From Nitrospirales bacterium (lineage in GTDB: Bacteria; Nitrospirota; Nitrospiria; Nitrospirales; UBA8639): a stretch of 64,000 nt of DNA. The notes under the pieces are model-generated. The model was not told the DNA's origin. It searched no databases and was given only the letters and a program-made list of their open reading frames with translations. The first letter of the stretch is position 1. Each line of letters begins with the position of its first letter. Made by a program: the position numbers and the translations under genes. Positions 28,288-38,227 of this stretch are shown here, in pieces. The stretch spans positions 446,579 to 510,578 of the forward strand of contig OZ251550.1 in assembly GCA_965243425.1 (NCBI GenBank), read 5' to 3'.

Positions 28288-29487
28288 ATGAGAGGGATGC
28301 AGGCGTCGGGTTCTCTTGGAGTGGTCAACGTGGTCTGGGCGCTCGGGTTCGGGGTGTTTCTGCTTCTGCCCGGGTGTTCTCCCAAAGATCCGTATGTTCC
28401 TCCTGATCTGCTCTATCTTTTTGCCACGTATGCCGTAGGGAAAAATCCAACGGCCGTGAAAGCCGGGGACTTTAATCAGGATGGGTTTTCCGACTTGGTG
28501 ACGAGTAACATCTCGGCGAATACGCTGTCCGTTTTAATCGGAAATGGGGACGGGAGCTTTCAACCGCACGTGTCCATTCCCGCGTGCAAGGAGCCCCGGA
28601 ATCTGGCGATCCAGGATTTCGACGGCGATACACGTCAGGATTTGGCTATTGCGTGTTCCGGAAGCGATGAAGTGGCCATTTTTTTGGGGCAGGGGGATGG
28701 AACCTTTGAAAAAGCCGCTCTCTATCACGTCAATCGGACGCCGGTGTCCATTGCCAGCGGGGACTTTAATAGTGACCGCCATTTGGACCTGGTGACGGCC
28801 CTGCGTAATGACAAGCTGCAACTGTTTTTCGGAAACGGCAACGGGAAATTTCGTCTGGGCCCCTTGTATGAATACGGCGACACGCCGACGTCCGTAGCCA
28901 GCGCGGACTTGAATCAGGACGGACATCTGGATTTGGCGGTGACGAACGGCGGGCCGATGAGCAGCGCCGTCTCGATCTGGTTGGGACAGGGAGACGGCAA
29001 CTTTCTCCGGCCGACCGATTATCGCACCGGCAAGCGCCCCTTATCCGTGTCCTTTGCCGATTTCAACAACGACGGGGCGATGGATTTATTGGTGGTGAAC
29101 GGTCAGATGAACACGATCACCGTGTTTTTGGGCAATGGAGACGGAACGTTTCAAGACGGCCTTGATTCAGGAGGAGACGCCGGTCCCAATCATGGGTTGG
29201 CTCAAGATTTCGACGGGGACGACGTTTTTGACGCGGCCGTGGTGAACATTCAATCGGGCAGCATCTCCGTCTTGTTCGGGAAAGGCGACGGATCGTTTTA
29301 TTATCCGCCCCGGCATTATGCCACGCCCCGCGGGCCCTTTGCGCTCACGTCTCTGCCCATTGCCTCCGGCCGCGATGAAGAACCCGGCCTGGCGATCGTC
29401 AATAACGCTGAAAACAGCGTGTCGATCTTTCTGCATTATGGGTTAAAATCCCGGGAACAGGTTGAGGCGTCAGCCTCCGCCTCATGA
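28288..29487 (+). CDS. FG-GAP/VCBS repeat lipoprotein
   Basis: Lipobox LLLPGCS, then repeated FG-GAP-like units (GDFNQDGFSDLV, QDFDGDTRQDLA, GDFNSDRHLDLV, ADLNQDGHLDLA, ADFNNDGAMDLL), each followed by (V/I)(F/L)LG(N/Q)GDG(S/T/N)F. Confidence 0.85.
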   Translation: MRGMQASGSLGVVNVVWALGFGVFLLLPGCSPKDPYVPPDLLYLFATYAVGKNPTAVKAGDFNQDGFSDLVTSNISANTLSVLIGNGDGSFQPHVSIPACKEPRNLAIQDFDGDTRQDLAIACSGSDEVAIFLGQGDGTFEKAALYHVNRTPVSIASGDFNSDRHLDLVTALRNDKLQLFFGNGNGKFRLGPLYEYGDTPTSVASADLNQDGHLDLAVTNGGPMSSAVSIWLGQGDGNFLRPTDYRTGKRPLSVSFADFNNDGAMDLLVVNGQMNTITVFLGNGDGTFQDGLDSGGDAGPNHGLAQDFDGDDVFDAAVVNIQSGSISVLFGKGDGSFYYPPRHYATPRGPFALTSLPIASGRDEEPGLAIVNNAENSVSIFLHYGLKSREQVEASASAS

Positions 29488-29518
29488 CCATGGCCGGCGC
29501 AACGCTCAACGGGAATTC

Positions 29519-29704
29519 ATGATGAAATGTCTCAAGTGCAACGGGCTGATGCTGGTGGAACGGCATTACACCGCCATGAATCGACGCCTCTATGCCAGAT
29601 GCGTGAATTGCGGGTTTTGGTTTGATCTGGTTGACGTGCTCAGATTTTTCTATCGGATCGTGGATAGTACGTACCGCCGCGTGAAAATCAACGAACTGCT
29701 GTAA
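29519..29704 (+). CDS. Small zinc-ribbon protein (hypothetical)
   Basis: 61 aa with CxxC...CxxC (MMKCLKCNG...ARCVNCGF). No recognisable family. Confidence 0.4.
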   Translation: MMKCLKCNGLMLVERHYTAMNRRLYARCVNCGFWFDLVDVLRFFYRIVDSTYRRVKINELL

Positions 29705-29719
29705 GGAAGGTTCGTGCCC

Positions 29720-30358
29720 TCACCCTGGCCCTCTCCCGGTGGGAGAGGGAAGGGAAGAGAGAATTTTCAGGCCTTCCCGAATCAGTTCATCGAGTGAGGT
29801 CGGCGGAGGACTCATCCGGCTCACGTGTGTGACGGCATCCTTGACCTCTCGCGGCCGATATCCCAGGTTGACCAACGCTGAAACGGCATCGTTCTGAACA
29901 TCGCGCAACGCCCCCGGCAGTGCCGGCGTGTCGTCTTCCTGCCCTCCCCCCTGCAAAAGGGCGATTTTATCTTTGAGTTCCAGGACAATGCGGCCCGCGG
30001 ATTTTTTCCCGATTCCCGGCACCGACGCCAGTTTCTCCAGGTCATTGTTTTGAATGGCACCGGTCAGGTCGGGAATCGCCAAGGTGGACAAGATGCTCAG
30101 GGCCAATTTGCCGCCCACCCCGGAAATTTTGGTCAGCAACAGAAAGGCGTCTTTTTCCGGCAACGTGAGGAACCCGAACAATTGAATGGCGTCTTCTTTC
30201 AGGGCAGTGAAAATCTGAAGCGTCAGCGGCGTTTCAGGTTCGGGTAACGCGAAATAGGTGCTGAGCGGGATCAACACCTCATAGCCGACTCCGTGGACGT
30301 TGAGAATGATCCGTGACGGGTCTTTGGCGGCTAAGGTTCCCGTCAAGGTGGCAATCAT
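29720..30358 (-). CDS. ruvA: Holliday junction branch migration complex subunit RuvA
   Basis: MIATLTGTLAAKDPSRIILNVHGVGYEVLIPLSTY, HhH motifs (ISGVGGKLALSIL, VPGIGKKSAGRIVLEL), and a domain III tail. The last roughly 12 aa (SSLPSPTGRGPG) are read from a palindromic repeat copy. Confidence 0.92.
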   Translation of the reverse strand: MIATLTGTLAAKDPSRIILNVHGVGYEVLIPLSTYFALPEPETPLTLQIFTALKEDAIQLFGFLTLPEKDAFLLLTKISGVGGKLALSILSTLAIPDLTGAIQNNDLEKLASVPGIGKKSAGRIVLELKDKIALLQGGGQEDDTPALPGALRDVQNDAVSALVNLGYRPREVKDAVTHVSRMSPPPTSLDELIREGLKILSSLPSPTGRGPG

Positions 30359-30385
30359 GGAAGGGCGCGCGCCAGGACGACGCGG

Positions 30386-31138
30386 TTACCCGGAGCCCGC
30401 GACTTTTTCCATCACGTCGTCCGGGATGTCAAAGTTGGCATGAACTTTCTGGACGTCGTCGTGATCGTCCAGGATTTCCATCAATTTCAACATTTGCTCG
30501 GCGGGTTTTTCGTCGAGACGGACGTGATTCTGGGGCAGATAGGTAATTTCAGCAAGCGAGGCGTCAACGTTGGCACGTTGCAGGGCCGTCTTGACCGCGT
30601 CAAACACGGACACCTCGGTGGTCAGTTCAAAGCCGGCCCCGGACTTTTTCACGTCGTCGGCTCCGGCTTCCAGGGCAATCCCCAGGAGTTGGTCTTCCTC
30701 GACCGCGTTCCCTTCCACCAGGAACAGTCCCTTTTTGTCAAACTGCCACGCCACCGCCCCGGCTTCGGCCATGGTCCCGTGATTTTTCCCGAGCATACTG
30801 CGAATTTCCGCGACCGTCCGATTTCGATTATCCGTCATGGTCTCGATCAGCAGGCCGGTTCCACCGGGTCCGTACCCTTCAAGCGTCAATTCCTCATAAT
30901 GGACGCCCGGCAATTCTCCGGTGCCTCGCTGAATGGCGCGTTTAATGGTCTCGGCCGGCATGTTGGCGTCTTTGGCTTTGACCACGGCAGTCCGCAGGCT
31001 CGGATTCGCATCGGGGTCTCCCCCCGCACGGGCGGCCACGGTAAGTTCGCGGAGAAGCTTGGTAAACAGCTTTCCCCGTTTGGCATCCACCCCGGCTTTA
31101 TGACGTTTGATCGTTGACCAATGACTATGACCGCCCAT
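30386..31138 (-). CDS. yebC: YebC/PmpR family DNA-binding transcriptional regulator
   Basis: MGGHSHWSTIKRHKAGVDAKRGKLFTKLLRELTVAAR...; 250 aa, the canonical family N-terminus. Confidence 0.93.
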   Translation of the reverse strand: MGGHSHWSTIKRHKAGVDAKRGKLFTKLLRELTVAARAGGDPDANPSLRTAVVKAKDANMPAETIKRAIQRGTGELPGVHYEELTLEGYGPGGTGLLIETMTDNRNRTVAEIRSMLGKNHGTMAEAGAVAWQFDKKGLFLVEGNAVEEDQLLGIALEAGADDVKKSGAGFELTTEVSVFDAVKTALQRANVDASLAEITYLPQNHVRLDEKPAEQMLKLMEILDDHDDVQKVHANFDIPDDVMEKVAGSG

Positions 31139-31324
31139 GCTCGCGTGTCCTTCTTCAAGAAAAAACCCGGTTGGCTTGTATCATAGCGAATCCCGTCGTT
31201 GCAACACGCTTGACGGACGCACGGCACGCCTTGCACGGCAGGGCTTGCCTCGGCACAATACGCGGGCCACACGTTCAGCATCAGGCAACAACACGTGGGC
31301 TCACGTGAACAACGGAGAGACAAA

Positions 31325-31942
31325 ATGGAAAAAGTTTTTATTTACTGGGACAATTCCAATATCTACATCAGTGCGAGAGAAATCGCCGCGGAGCGCGAAG
31401 GCGGAGATGCACGCTATCGGATGCGACTTCACTTCCGTAATCTTTTGCGCTTGGCGTGTGCCGACCGTCCCATTGAAAGTGCCATTGCCGTCGGTTCGGT
31501 GCCGCCGGAGTTGCGCCACGTCTGGACCCGTTTGGAAAATGAAGGCATCAAAGTCGAACTCTCGGAGCGCGGTGCGTTGCACGGAACCGAACAAGGCGTA
31601 GACCAGAAATTGCAGGCGAATATGTTGCGCAATGCGTTGGATTACAACGGCGACCCCGGCATTGCCGTGTTGCTGACCGGCGACGGGAGCGGATTTTATG
31701 ACGGCGTCGGGTTTCACGCTGATTTGGAGCGCATGCATCGAAAGGGATGGCGGATTGAAGTGCTGTCGTGGACCTACAGTTGTAACCGTCGGATGAAAGA
31801 ATGGGCGGAGCAAACCGGCAAATTTATCGCGTTGGACGATTTTTACAACGGCATTACGTTCCTGGAGCCACCACAACCCGGACGGGAGCCGGCGGAACCG
31901 AGGGATGCAGAGCCGATAGACCTTTCCCGCCGTCCTATCTGA
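31325..31942 (+). CDS. NYN/LabA-like domain protein
   Basis: MEKVFIYWDNSNIYISA...AVGSVPPEL...VDQKLQANMLRNAL...IAVLLTGDGSGF. This is the acidic-residue pattern of NYN (PIN-like) ribonuclease domains. Confidence 0.65.
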   Translation: MEKVFIYWDNSNIYISAREIAAEREGGDARYRMRLHFRNLLRLACADRPIESAIAVGSVPPELRHVWTRLENEGIKVELSERGALHGTEQGVDQKLQANMLRNALDYNGDPGIAVLLTGDGSGFYDGVGFHADLERMHRKGWRIEVLSWTYSCNRRMKEWAEQTGKFIALDDFYNGITFLEPPQPGREPAEPRDAEPIDLSRRPI

Positions 31943-32001
31943 AAGCAGACGGTCCAGGTGGATTGTCCCTGAAATTTCGACGCAGGTAGAGAGAAACGGC
32001 C

Positions 32002-33075
32002 ATGCGCATTGTCTTTATGGGAACACCTGCCTTTGCCGTGCCTTCGCTTGAAGCTCTCGTTGCGGCGCACGCTGAGGTGGTGGGGGTGGTCACGCAGCCG
32101 GACCGGCCGAAAGGAAGAGGACGGGTGACCATGCCGCCTCCCGTAAAAGTGTCGGCCTTGGCCCAGGGGTTGCCCGTGATTCAACCGACGCACGTGAAAA
32201 GCCCGGAATTTCTTCGTCAACTCTCCGAGTGGAAACCGGATCTCATCGCCGTCACGGCGTTCGGCCGGATTCTTCCTAAGGCCGTTCTGGATTTGCCGCC
32301 CCGGGGCTGCGTGAACGTTCATGGGTCCTTGTTACCCAAATATCGAGGAGCCGCGCCGATTCAATGGGCCCTCATTCATGGAGAATCGGAAACGGGTCTC
32401 ACCACCATGTTCATGGATGAAGGGATGGATACGGGTGATATGCTGCTCCGGCAATCGGTGACCATTGACCCCGACGAAACCGCCGCAGAATTGGGAGACC
32501 GGTTGGCGAAAGTCGGGGGGGCGCTGTTGGTGGAAACCCTCAACCGTTTAGAAACGCAATCGGTGACGGCTCACCCGCAAGATCATACCCGGGCCACGTA
32601 TGCCCCCGCGTTGAAAAAAGAAGACGGCCTGATTGATTGGAGCCGGTCAAGCACGGACGTGACCAACAGGATTCGAGGCCTGTCCCCTTGGCCCGGGTCC
32701 TACACCTTTTATCGGCAACAGCGGCTGATTATTTGGAAATGCCGGGTGGCGGGACGGGACGCCCGGGTCAGCAACGAGGGGCACCCGCCGGGGACGATCC
32801 TGGCGGTGGGACCGAAATCATTCTGGGTGGCAACGGGCGAAGGCAGCGTGGAAATTCTCGACGTTCAACCCGCGAATAAAACACGCACGTCGGTGGAACG
32901 TTTTCTGCAAGGACACGCGCTTCACGTGCATGAGACGTTCGCCTCGCAGCCCTCCGATTGTCCAGGCCCGTCATTCCCGCGAAACCCGTCCCCGACCTGC
33001 CTGGGCCCCGACAGACGGGCGTGTGTTACCGGGGAACGGGAATCCTCAAGGGTCAACGAGCAAGGATCGGCATGA
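32002..33075 (+). CDS. fmt: Methionyl-tRNA formyltransferase
   Basis: MRIVFMGTPAFAVPSLEAL...VVTQPDRPKGRG...NVHGSLLPKYRGAAPIQWALI. It carries an approximately 45-aa low-complexity C-terminal tail beyond the usual end. Confidence 0.92.
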   Translation: MRIVFMGTPAFAVPSLEALVAAHAEVVGVVTQPDRPKGRGRVTMPPPVKVSALAQGLPVIQPTHVKSPEFLRQLSEWKPDLIAVTAFGRILPKAVLDLPPRGCVNVHGSLLPKYRGAAPIQWALIHGESETGLTTMFMDEGMDTGDMLLRQSVTIDPDETAAELGDRLAKVGGALLVETLNRLETQSVTAHPQDHTRATYAPALKKEDGLIDWSRSSTDVTNRIRGLSPWPGSYTFYRQQRLIIWKCRVAGRDARVSNEGHPPGTILAVGPKSFWVATGEGSVEILDVQPANKTRTSVERFLQGHALHVHETFASQPSDCPGPSFPRNPSPTCLGPDRRACVTGERESSRVNEQGSA

Positions 33076-33452
33076 ACGACCAAACCAGACAAGCCTTGGC
33101 CTTTATTGCCAAACAGATTCAGGAACTCAAAATCATTCAACCGCATTTAGTGCAGGCGGTGAACGCGGTGTTGGCAAAAGAACAGTTTGCGAAATGGAAA
33201 AAGCAGGTGGTGCATCAGATCGGAGAACACGTGGCCCCCGCGTACCAACGACGATTCTCCAAAGATTGGTTGGAAACGACGTTTGCCGGAGCGGATATGT
33301 ACGATGAATTGAGTGACGACGTTGAAATGTGTCTCCGGCAGCTCTACGCCCTCTCGAAAGAAATCGAAACCCAGGGGCTTCCGGCCTCTGATTCGGCAGA
33401 TTCCCCCTCGGCCCGTCTGCCGACGCAGAGGCAGGCCCGACGCCAATCATGA
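33072..33452 (+). CDS. Hypothetical protein (126 aa)
   Basis: The ATG at 33072 overlaps the fmt stop (ATGA). Helical, coding-looking sequence with no family recognised. Confidence 0.5.
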   Translation: MNDQTRQALAFIAKQIQELKIIQPHLVQAVNAVLAKEQFAKWKKQVVHQIGEHVAPAYQRRFSKDWLETTFAGADMYDELSDDVEMCLRQLYALSKEIETQGLPASDSADSPSARLPTQRQARRQS

Positions 33453-33461
33453 GATGGCTGA

Positions 33462-34370
33462 GTGTCGATGGTCGATTCCGGATTGAAACAATCAGTCATC
33501 ACGCGTCCCACGTCCATGCTTCCTTCGCCCCCGCCGCACAAACGCCTTGGGCAACATTTTCTCGTTGATCGTCACGTCGTCCGAAACATTCTGAAGGTCG
33601 CCGAGGTCCGGCCACACGACACCATCTTTGAAATCGGACCCGGACGCGGGGCGCTGACGCAGGTGTTGTGTGAACACGCGGCTCACGTCATTGCCGTAGA
33701 ACTCGATCTCCGACTCGTCCGCTATCTTTCCGCCGTCTGCGTGAACGATCGTTTGGAATTGCACCACGGTGACGCCCTGACGTTTCCCTACGACGCGCTA
33801 CCCATGGGAACGGTGGTCATTGCGAATTTGCCGTACAACGTGTCCACGCCTCTGTTGTTTCGGTTGTTGCGGCACCGTGACCGCCTTCACCGACTGGTGT
33901 TGACGTTGCAAGATGAAGTGGTCACGCGCATCGTCGCGCAACCCGGTTCACGCGATTACGGCGTCTTGTCCGTCATGAGCCAATACCACGCCGAACCACG
34001 CAAGGCGTTTACCGTGCCGGGGAGCTGTTTTCGTCCCGTGCCGGCCGTGGACTCGGCCGTGGTCCATCTCACGAGTCGATCACGACGACGCCCGGATGAA
34101 CGGTTTGATCGGACGTTGATGAAGATCGTCCGAGGTGCGTTTGCGCATCGGCGGAAAACCGTGATGAACTCGTATCGGGACGCCGGCTGGGATCCGCCCG
34201 TGATTCAACAAGCCTTGGAACAGACCCACATTGACCCGCGGCGGCGGGCTGAAACGATCACGGTCCAGGAGTTTACGGCGTTGGCCAAGGCCGTGTCTTC
34301 CCATTTCGCGTCACGCGCAACGTCGTGCGGAATTCTTGATGATTCCGAAACGGAGACGCCTGTCCGTTGA
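33462..34370 (+). CDS. rsmA: 16S rRNA (adenine1518/1519-N6)-dimethyltransferase
   Basis: KRLGQHFLVDRHVVRNIL, SAM motif EIGPGRGALT, NLPYNVSTPLLF, HRRK. Confidence 0.92.
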   Translation: MSMVDSGLKQSVITRPTSMLPSPPPHKRLGQHFLVDRHVVRNILKVAEVRPHDTIFEIGPGRGALTQVLCEHAAHVIAVELDLRLVRYLSAVCVNDRLELHHGDALTFPYDALPMGTVVIANLPYNVSTPLLFRLLRHRDRLHRLVLTLQDEVVTRIVAQPGSRDYGVLSVMSQYHAEPRKAFTVPGSCFRPVPAVDSAVVHLTSRSRRRPDERFDRTLMKIVRGAFAHRRKTVMNSYRDAGWDPPVIQQALEQTHIDPRRRAETITVQEFTALAKAVSSHFASRATSCGILDDSETETPVR

Positions 34371-34405
34371 TTGATAAACCGAACCCTCTGTGCTAGATTG
34401 AGCGC

Positions 34406-36862
34406 ATGAGGATCTTTCAGAGGTCCGCAAAGAGCCCCAACAAGCGGGCCGTGCCCTCCCCTCCTTCCAGACTCCGCCGCGAAATTCTGGGTATTTTTCT
34501 GATTACCCTGGCCGTCATGGTGTTCCTCAGCCTGTGGTCGTTTTCGGTCTGGGACGGTGACTGGTTCACGCCGGACTATGGAATCCCATCGGCAGTCCCT
34601 CAAAATTGGGTGGGCATGGTCGGGGCGTTGATTGCCGCGGGGCTGATCGGGTTCCTGGGCACCGCGGCACTGGTGATTCCCTTTTTAATCCTGTTGCAGG
34701 GGATTCGCGTCTTTCAAGAAGAACGCTGGCCCGAGAAAATCCGAAGTCTCCTGGGTTCCGGGCTGCTGGTCCTGAGCGCGAGCACGCTTATCCACCTGCA
34801 TCATCCGTCCTCCATTCATGCGTTGTCTGAGGGCATCACCACCGACCTGTACGCCGGTCAGGCGGGAATCTGGATCGCAGAGGCCGTGGACCCCTTGTTT
34901 GCCCGACTGGGAAGCACGGTATTGTTGACGGCGATTCTGTTCATCTCCATCCGGCTCGTGGCCCCGTTCTCTATTGCCGCCACGTTCGGACGCATCCCTC
35001 GCGGCGTTGAGAAAATCGGGAAACTTGCCCTGAGCCTCAAAGAGATGGGAAGCGTCGTTCCGCGTCTCGCCTTTGGCTGGCTTTCCTGGTTTCGACACAA
35101 TCGGAAACCCAGGGCCAACAAACCGGTCAAAATCAATCGGATGTTCAACGTCCAAAATGGGGCTTTTTCGTGGTTGAGAAAGGGGAAATCAGGAAAGGGG
35201 AAGGGGGAAGACGTTCCCTCCCCCTCACCCTCTCCCCAAGGGAGAGGGCAAAGAGTGAATGAGCCGGATCCGGTTGACCCGGACGCGCCTGAGCCCGCCC
35301 TGAGCCGCAACGGAGAGAAGTCACCACCCCTTCGACGCGACGTCACGCGGAAGGTGGCGGAAGGCTATCATTTACCTGATCCGCAAGACCTGCTTGATGC
35401 CCCTCCTGCTTCCACGACGCAGCAGACGGATCAGGTTCTGGAGTCGGCGTCCAAGACCCTCACGAATACGTTGCACAACTTCGGTATCGTGGGAAAGATC
35501 ACGGAAGTGCATCCGGGGCCGGTCATCAGCATGTATGAATTTGAGCCCGGGCCAGGCATCAAAGTCGCACGGATCGTGAGTCTTGCTCATGAGTTGGCCA
35601 TGGCCTTGAAGGCCGGCAGTGTCCGCATTGTGGCGCCATTGCCAAGAAAATCCACGGTCGGCATTGAAGTTCCCAACCCCGTGAGAGAAACCGTGGCCTT
35701 GCAGGAAATTTTAACCAGCGACCCCTACGCCCGGTCTCAATCGCGATTAACGCTGGCCTTGGGAAAAGATATCGTCGGACGGCCCTACGTGGCCGACTTG
35801 AAAAAAATGCCTCATCTCCTGGTGGCCGGAGCCACGGGAGCCGGAAAAAGCGTCGGACTGAACAGCATGTTACTCAGCCTGCTCTTTGCCGCGCATCCCG
35901 ACGAAGTGAAACTCATGCTGATTGATCCCAAGGTCCTGGAACTCAAATTGTACGACGGGATTCCCCATCTGTTGCACCCGGTGTTGACGGATCCGAAAGC
36001 TGCGGCTCGCGGATTGACGTGGGTCGTGCAGGAAATGGAGCGCCGCTATCACCTGCTGGCCGAGCACGGCGTGCGCGACATTCGGGACTATAATCTCAAG
36101 GTGGGCAAGAAGCAGGCCGCTGGCCCCAGCCGGACGGGTCCACCGCTGGATCACGATCATGACGATGAGGACACCGGCGAACCTGAACCGCTCCCGTACA
36201 TCGTGGTCGTCGTCGATGAATTTGCCGATCTGATGATGATGTCGCCCAAAGAAGTCGAAGAAAAAATCGCACGACTGGCTCAAAAGGCACGAGCCTCGGG
36301 CATCCATCTGATTCTCGCGACGCAACGGCCGTCGGTCGACGTGGTGACCGGCCTCATCAAGGCCAACTTTCCAGCCCGCATTGCCTTTCAGGTGTCTTCC
36401 AAAATCGACTCTCGAACCATCCTGGACACCAACGGTGCCGAAGCGTTGCTCGGGCTCGGGGACATGCTGTATCTCGCGCCGGGCGGACGCCTGATTCGTC
36501 TCCACGGGTCCTACGTCTCCGATGACGAAGTCCTGCGCGTAGTGCAGCACGTCAAAGCGGAGGCCGGACCCGATTATTGCGAAGAAACCGTCCTGCATGA
36601 TTCCGTGAACGTCGAAGACGAACACGAGCGAGACGAGGTCTATGAGCAAGCCAGAGAAATCGTGCTTTCCTCGGGACAGGCCTCGGCCTCGCTGATCCAA
36701 CGTCGGTTGCGGGTGGGCTATCCCCGGGCCGCTCGAATGGTCGAACGGATGGAAGAAGAAGGCTTGGTGAGTACGCCCGGACGCGACGGCCGCCGTGAAG
36801 TGCTGGACAGGCAAATGGCCCTTGAATCCTCCTCTGAGCCTCAAAGGGAGGGAGTCGGATGA
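34406..36862 (+). CDS. ftsK: DNA translocase FtsK
   Basis: N-terminal TM domain, a long low-complexity linker, motor domain (PHLLVAGATGAGKSVGLN, VVVVDEFADLMM, ILATQRPSVDV), and a gamma domain (SASLIQRRLRVGYPRAARMVERME). Confidence 0.95.
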   Translation: MRIFQRSAKSPNKRAVPSPPSRLRREILGIFLITLAVMVFLSLWSFSVWDGDWFTPDYGIPSAVPQNWVGMVGALIAAGLIGFLGTAALVIPFLILLQGIRVFQEERWPEKIRSLLGSGLLVLSASTLIHLHHPSSIHALSEGITTDLYAGQAGIWIAEAVDPLFARLGSTVLLTAILFISIRLVAPFSIAATFGRIPRGVEKIGKLALSLKEMGSVVPRLAFGWLSWFRHNRKPRANKPVKINRMFNVQNGAFSWLRKGKSGKGKGEDVPSPSPSPQGRGQRVNEPDPVDPDAPEPALSRNGEKSPPLRRDVTRKVAEGYHLPDPQDLLDAPPASTTQQTDQVLESASKTLTNTLHNFGIVGKITEVHPGPVISMYEFEPGPGIKVARIVSLAHELAMALKAGSVRIVAPLPRKSTVGIEVPNPVRETVALQEILTSDPYARSQSRLTLALGKDIVGRPYVADLKKMPHLLVAGATGAGKSVGLNSMLLSLLFAAHPDEVKLMLIDPKVLELKLYDGIPHLLHPVLTDPKAAARGLTWVVQEMERRYHLLAEHGVRDIRDYNLKVGKKQAAGPSRTGPPLDHDHDDEDTGEPEPLPYIVVVVDEFADLMMMSPKEVEEKIARLAQKARASGIHLILATQRPSVDVVTGLIKANFPARIAFQVSSKIDSRTILDTNGAEALLGLGDMLYLAPGGRLIRLHGSYVSDDEVLRVVQHVKAEAGPDYCEETVLHDSVNVEDEHERDEVYEQAREIVLSSGQASASLIQRRLRVGYPRAARMVERMEEEGLVSTPGRDGRREVLDRQMALESSSEPQREGVG

Positions 36863-37632
36863 TGCCCCGCGTGATCGTGCTGGGATGCGTCTGTTGCTTG
36901 TTCGTGCCCGCGCTCGCATTGGGCCAGGGGCCTGCCCTGAGCCTCGAAGGAAATGAGACCATTCAGACGTTGATCGGCCACGTGGAGGCCCGATACGCAC
37001 AAACCGAAGATTTACAGGCGGACTTCACTCAGGAACTCCGCATTGAAGGCTTCGACACGCCGATTCGGTCGGCCGGGCGCGTGTATCTGAAAAAACCCGG
37101 TCGCCTCCGATGGGATTATCTGGAACCGACGGTTGAGCACATTTACGTCCATGACGATCGGTTGGCCGTGTACGTGCCTCATCATAATCAAGTGGTCAAA
37201 GGCCACCTGAGCATGATGGTGGCGACCAAAGCGCCCCTTCAACTATTGCAGGGGATTGGACGCATCACGGAACATTTTTCCGTGCATCCTGCCGGAGACG
37301 GGGAAGTCGGTGAAGCCGGATTGCCGTTGCTGACGCTCATCCCCAAAACCAACCGCGATTCGGCGCCGTCATCCATGACCAGGATTGTGGCTGACATCCA
37401 ATCCGAGACCTATTTCATTCGGTCTCTCGCCTTGCATGAGAGCAATGGAAACGTCTCCACGTTTCGGTTTTCCAATTTCAAGGCCAATACAGGATTGGAT
37501 GAAACCGTGTTGACGTTGAATCCGCCGGAAGGGGTCGTCATTGTCAAGCCCTTCGAGGCTCAGGGCGGGCCCTTCGGGGCTCAGGGCGGGAACGTTCTTC
37601 CTCAACAGAGGCCAGTGACCAGTGACCGGTGA
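36859..37632 (+). CDS. lolA: Outer-membrane lipoprotein carrier protein LolA
   Basis: Signal peptide, then DLQADFTQE...SAGRVYLKKPGRLRWDY. The start overlaps the ftsK stop. The C-terminal tail FEAQGGPFGAQGG is read from repeat copies. Confidence 0.85.
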   Translation: MMPRVIVLGCVCCLFVPALALGQGPALSLEGNETIQTLIGHVEARYAQTEDLQADFTQELRIEGFDTPIRSAGRVYLKKPGRLRWDYLEPTVEHIYVHDDRLAVYVPHHNQVVKGHLSMMVATKAPLQLLQGIGRITEHFSVHPAGDGEVGEAGLPLLTLIPKTNRDSAPSSMTRIVADIQSETYFIRSLALHESNGNVSTFRFSNFKANTGLDETVLTLNPPEGVVIVKPFEAQGGPFGAQGGNVLPQQRPVTSDR

Positions 37633-38227
37633 TCAGTCACTAACCACTGACCACCGGCCACTGACCACTGTGTTGTCACCGGCCACGATCTTCTTCCTCC
37701 TGTTCCTGACGGGAGGATGGCTCGTTCCCCCGCTCGCCGTGGGTCTGACGGGTGACCTGACCAATGACCCGGCCGACGTAATCAAAAAATATCTGTCGTT
37801 GGATCATCGCGGGGCGCGGCTCACGGCCTCGTCCTACGAATCCGTCAGACCCTACGTGGCGTGGGATGAAGAGCCAGTCTGGGAGCACTTCGTGGTGATT
37901 CAGGAATTCTCGGTCAACGACGACATCACGCAATGGGACATCGTCAGCAGCACGGAAGCCGTCATTCCCGTCACCTTTCAGGTTCTCGGAATCGTCGAGT
38001 GGAAAACCGCGACGTTTGTGTCGAAGCCCGGGGAGGAAGTCCACGCCGTTCGCATTCGAGCCGTTGACAATCGTTGGCGCATGATCGAGCCGATGTTTCC
38101 CCCTCACGTCGGACACAAGCGAGTCATGAACTTCGTGAAAGACGTCGCGTTGCACGAACGTGATGAAACGCGAATCCGGGTCTTGGACACACTCAGAGCA
38201 GACGTCGAAAAGGCCGGCCACCCGTGA
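37622..38227 (+). CDS. Hypothetical membrane-anchored protein
   Basis: 201-aa ORF with one N-terminal TM helix (IFFLLFLTGGWLVPPLAV) and translational coupling to both neighbours. The start is uncertain. No family recognised. Confidence 0.5.
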   Translation: MTGDQSLTTDHRPLTTVLSPATIFFLLFLTGGWLVPPLAVGLTGDLTNDPADVIKKYLSLDHRGARLTASSYESVRPYVAWDEEPVWEHFVVIQEFSVNDDITQWDIVSSTEAVIPVTFQVLGIVEWKTATFVSKPGEEVHAVRIRAVDNRWRMIEPMFPPHVGHKRVMNFVKDVALHERDETRIRVLDTLRADVEKAGHP

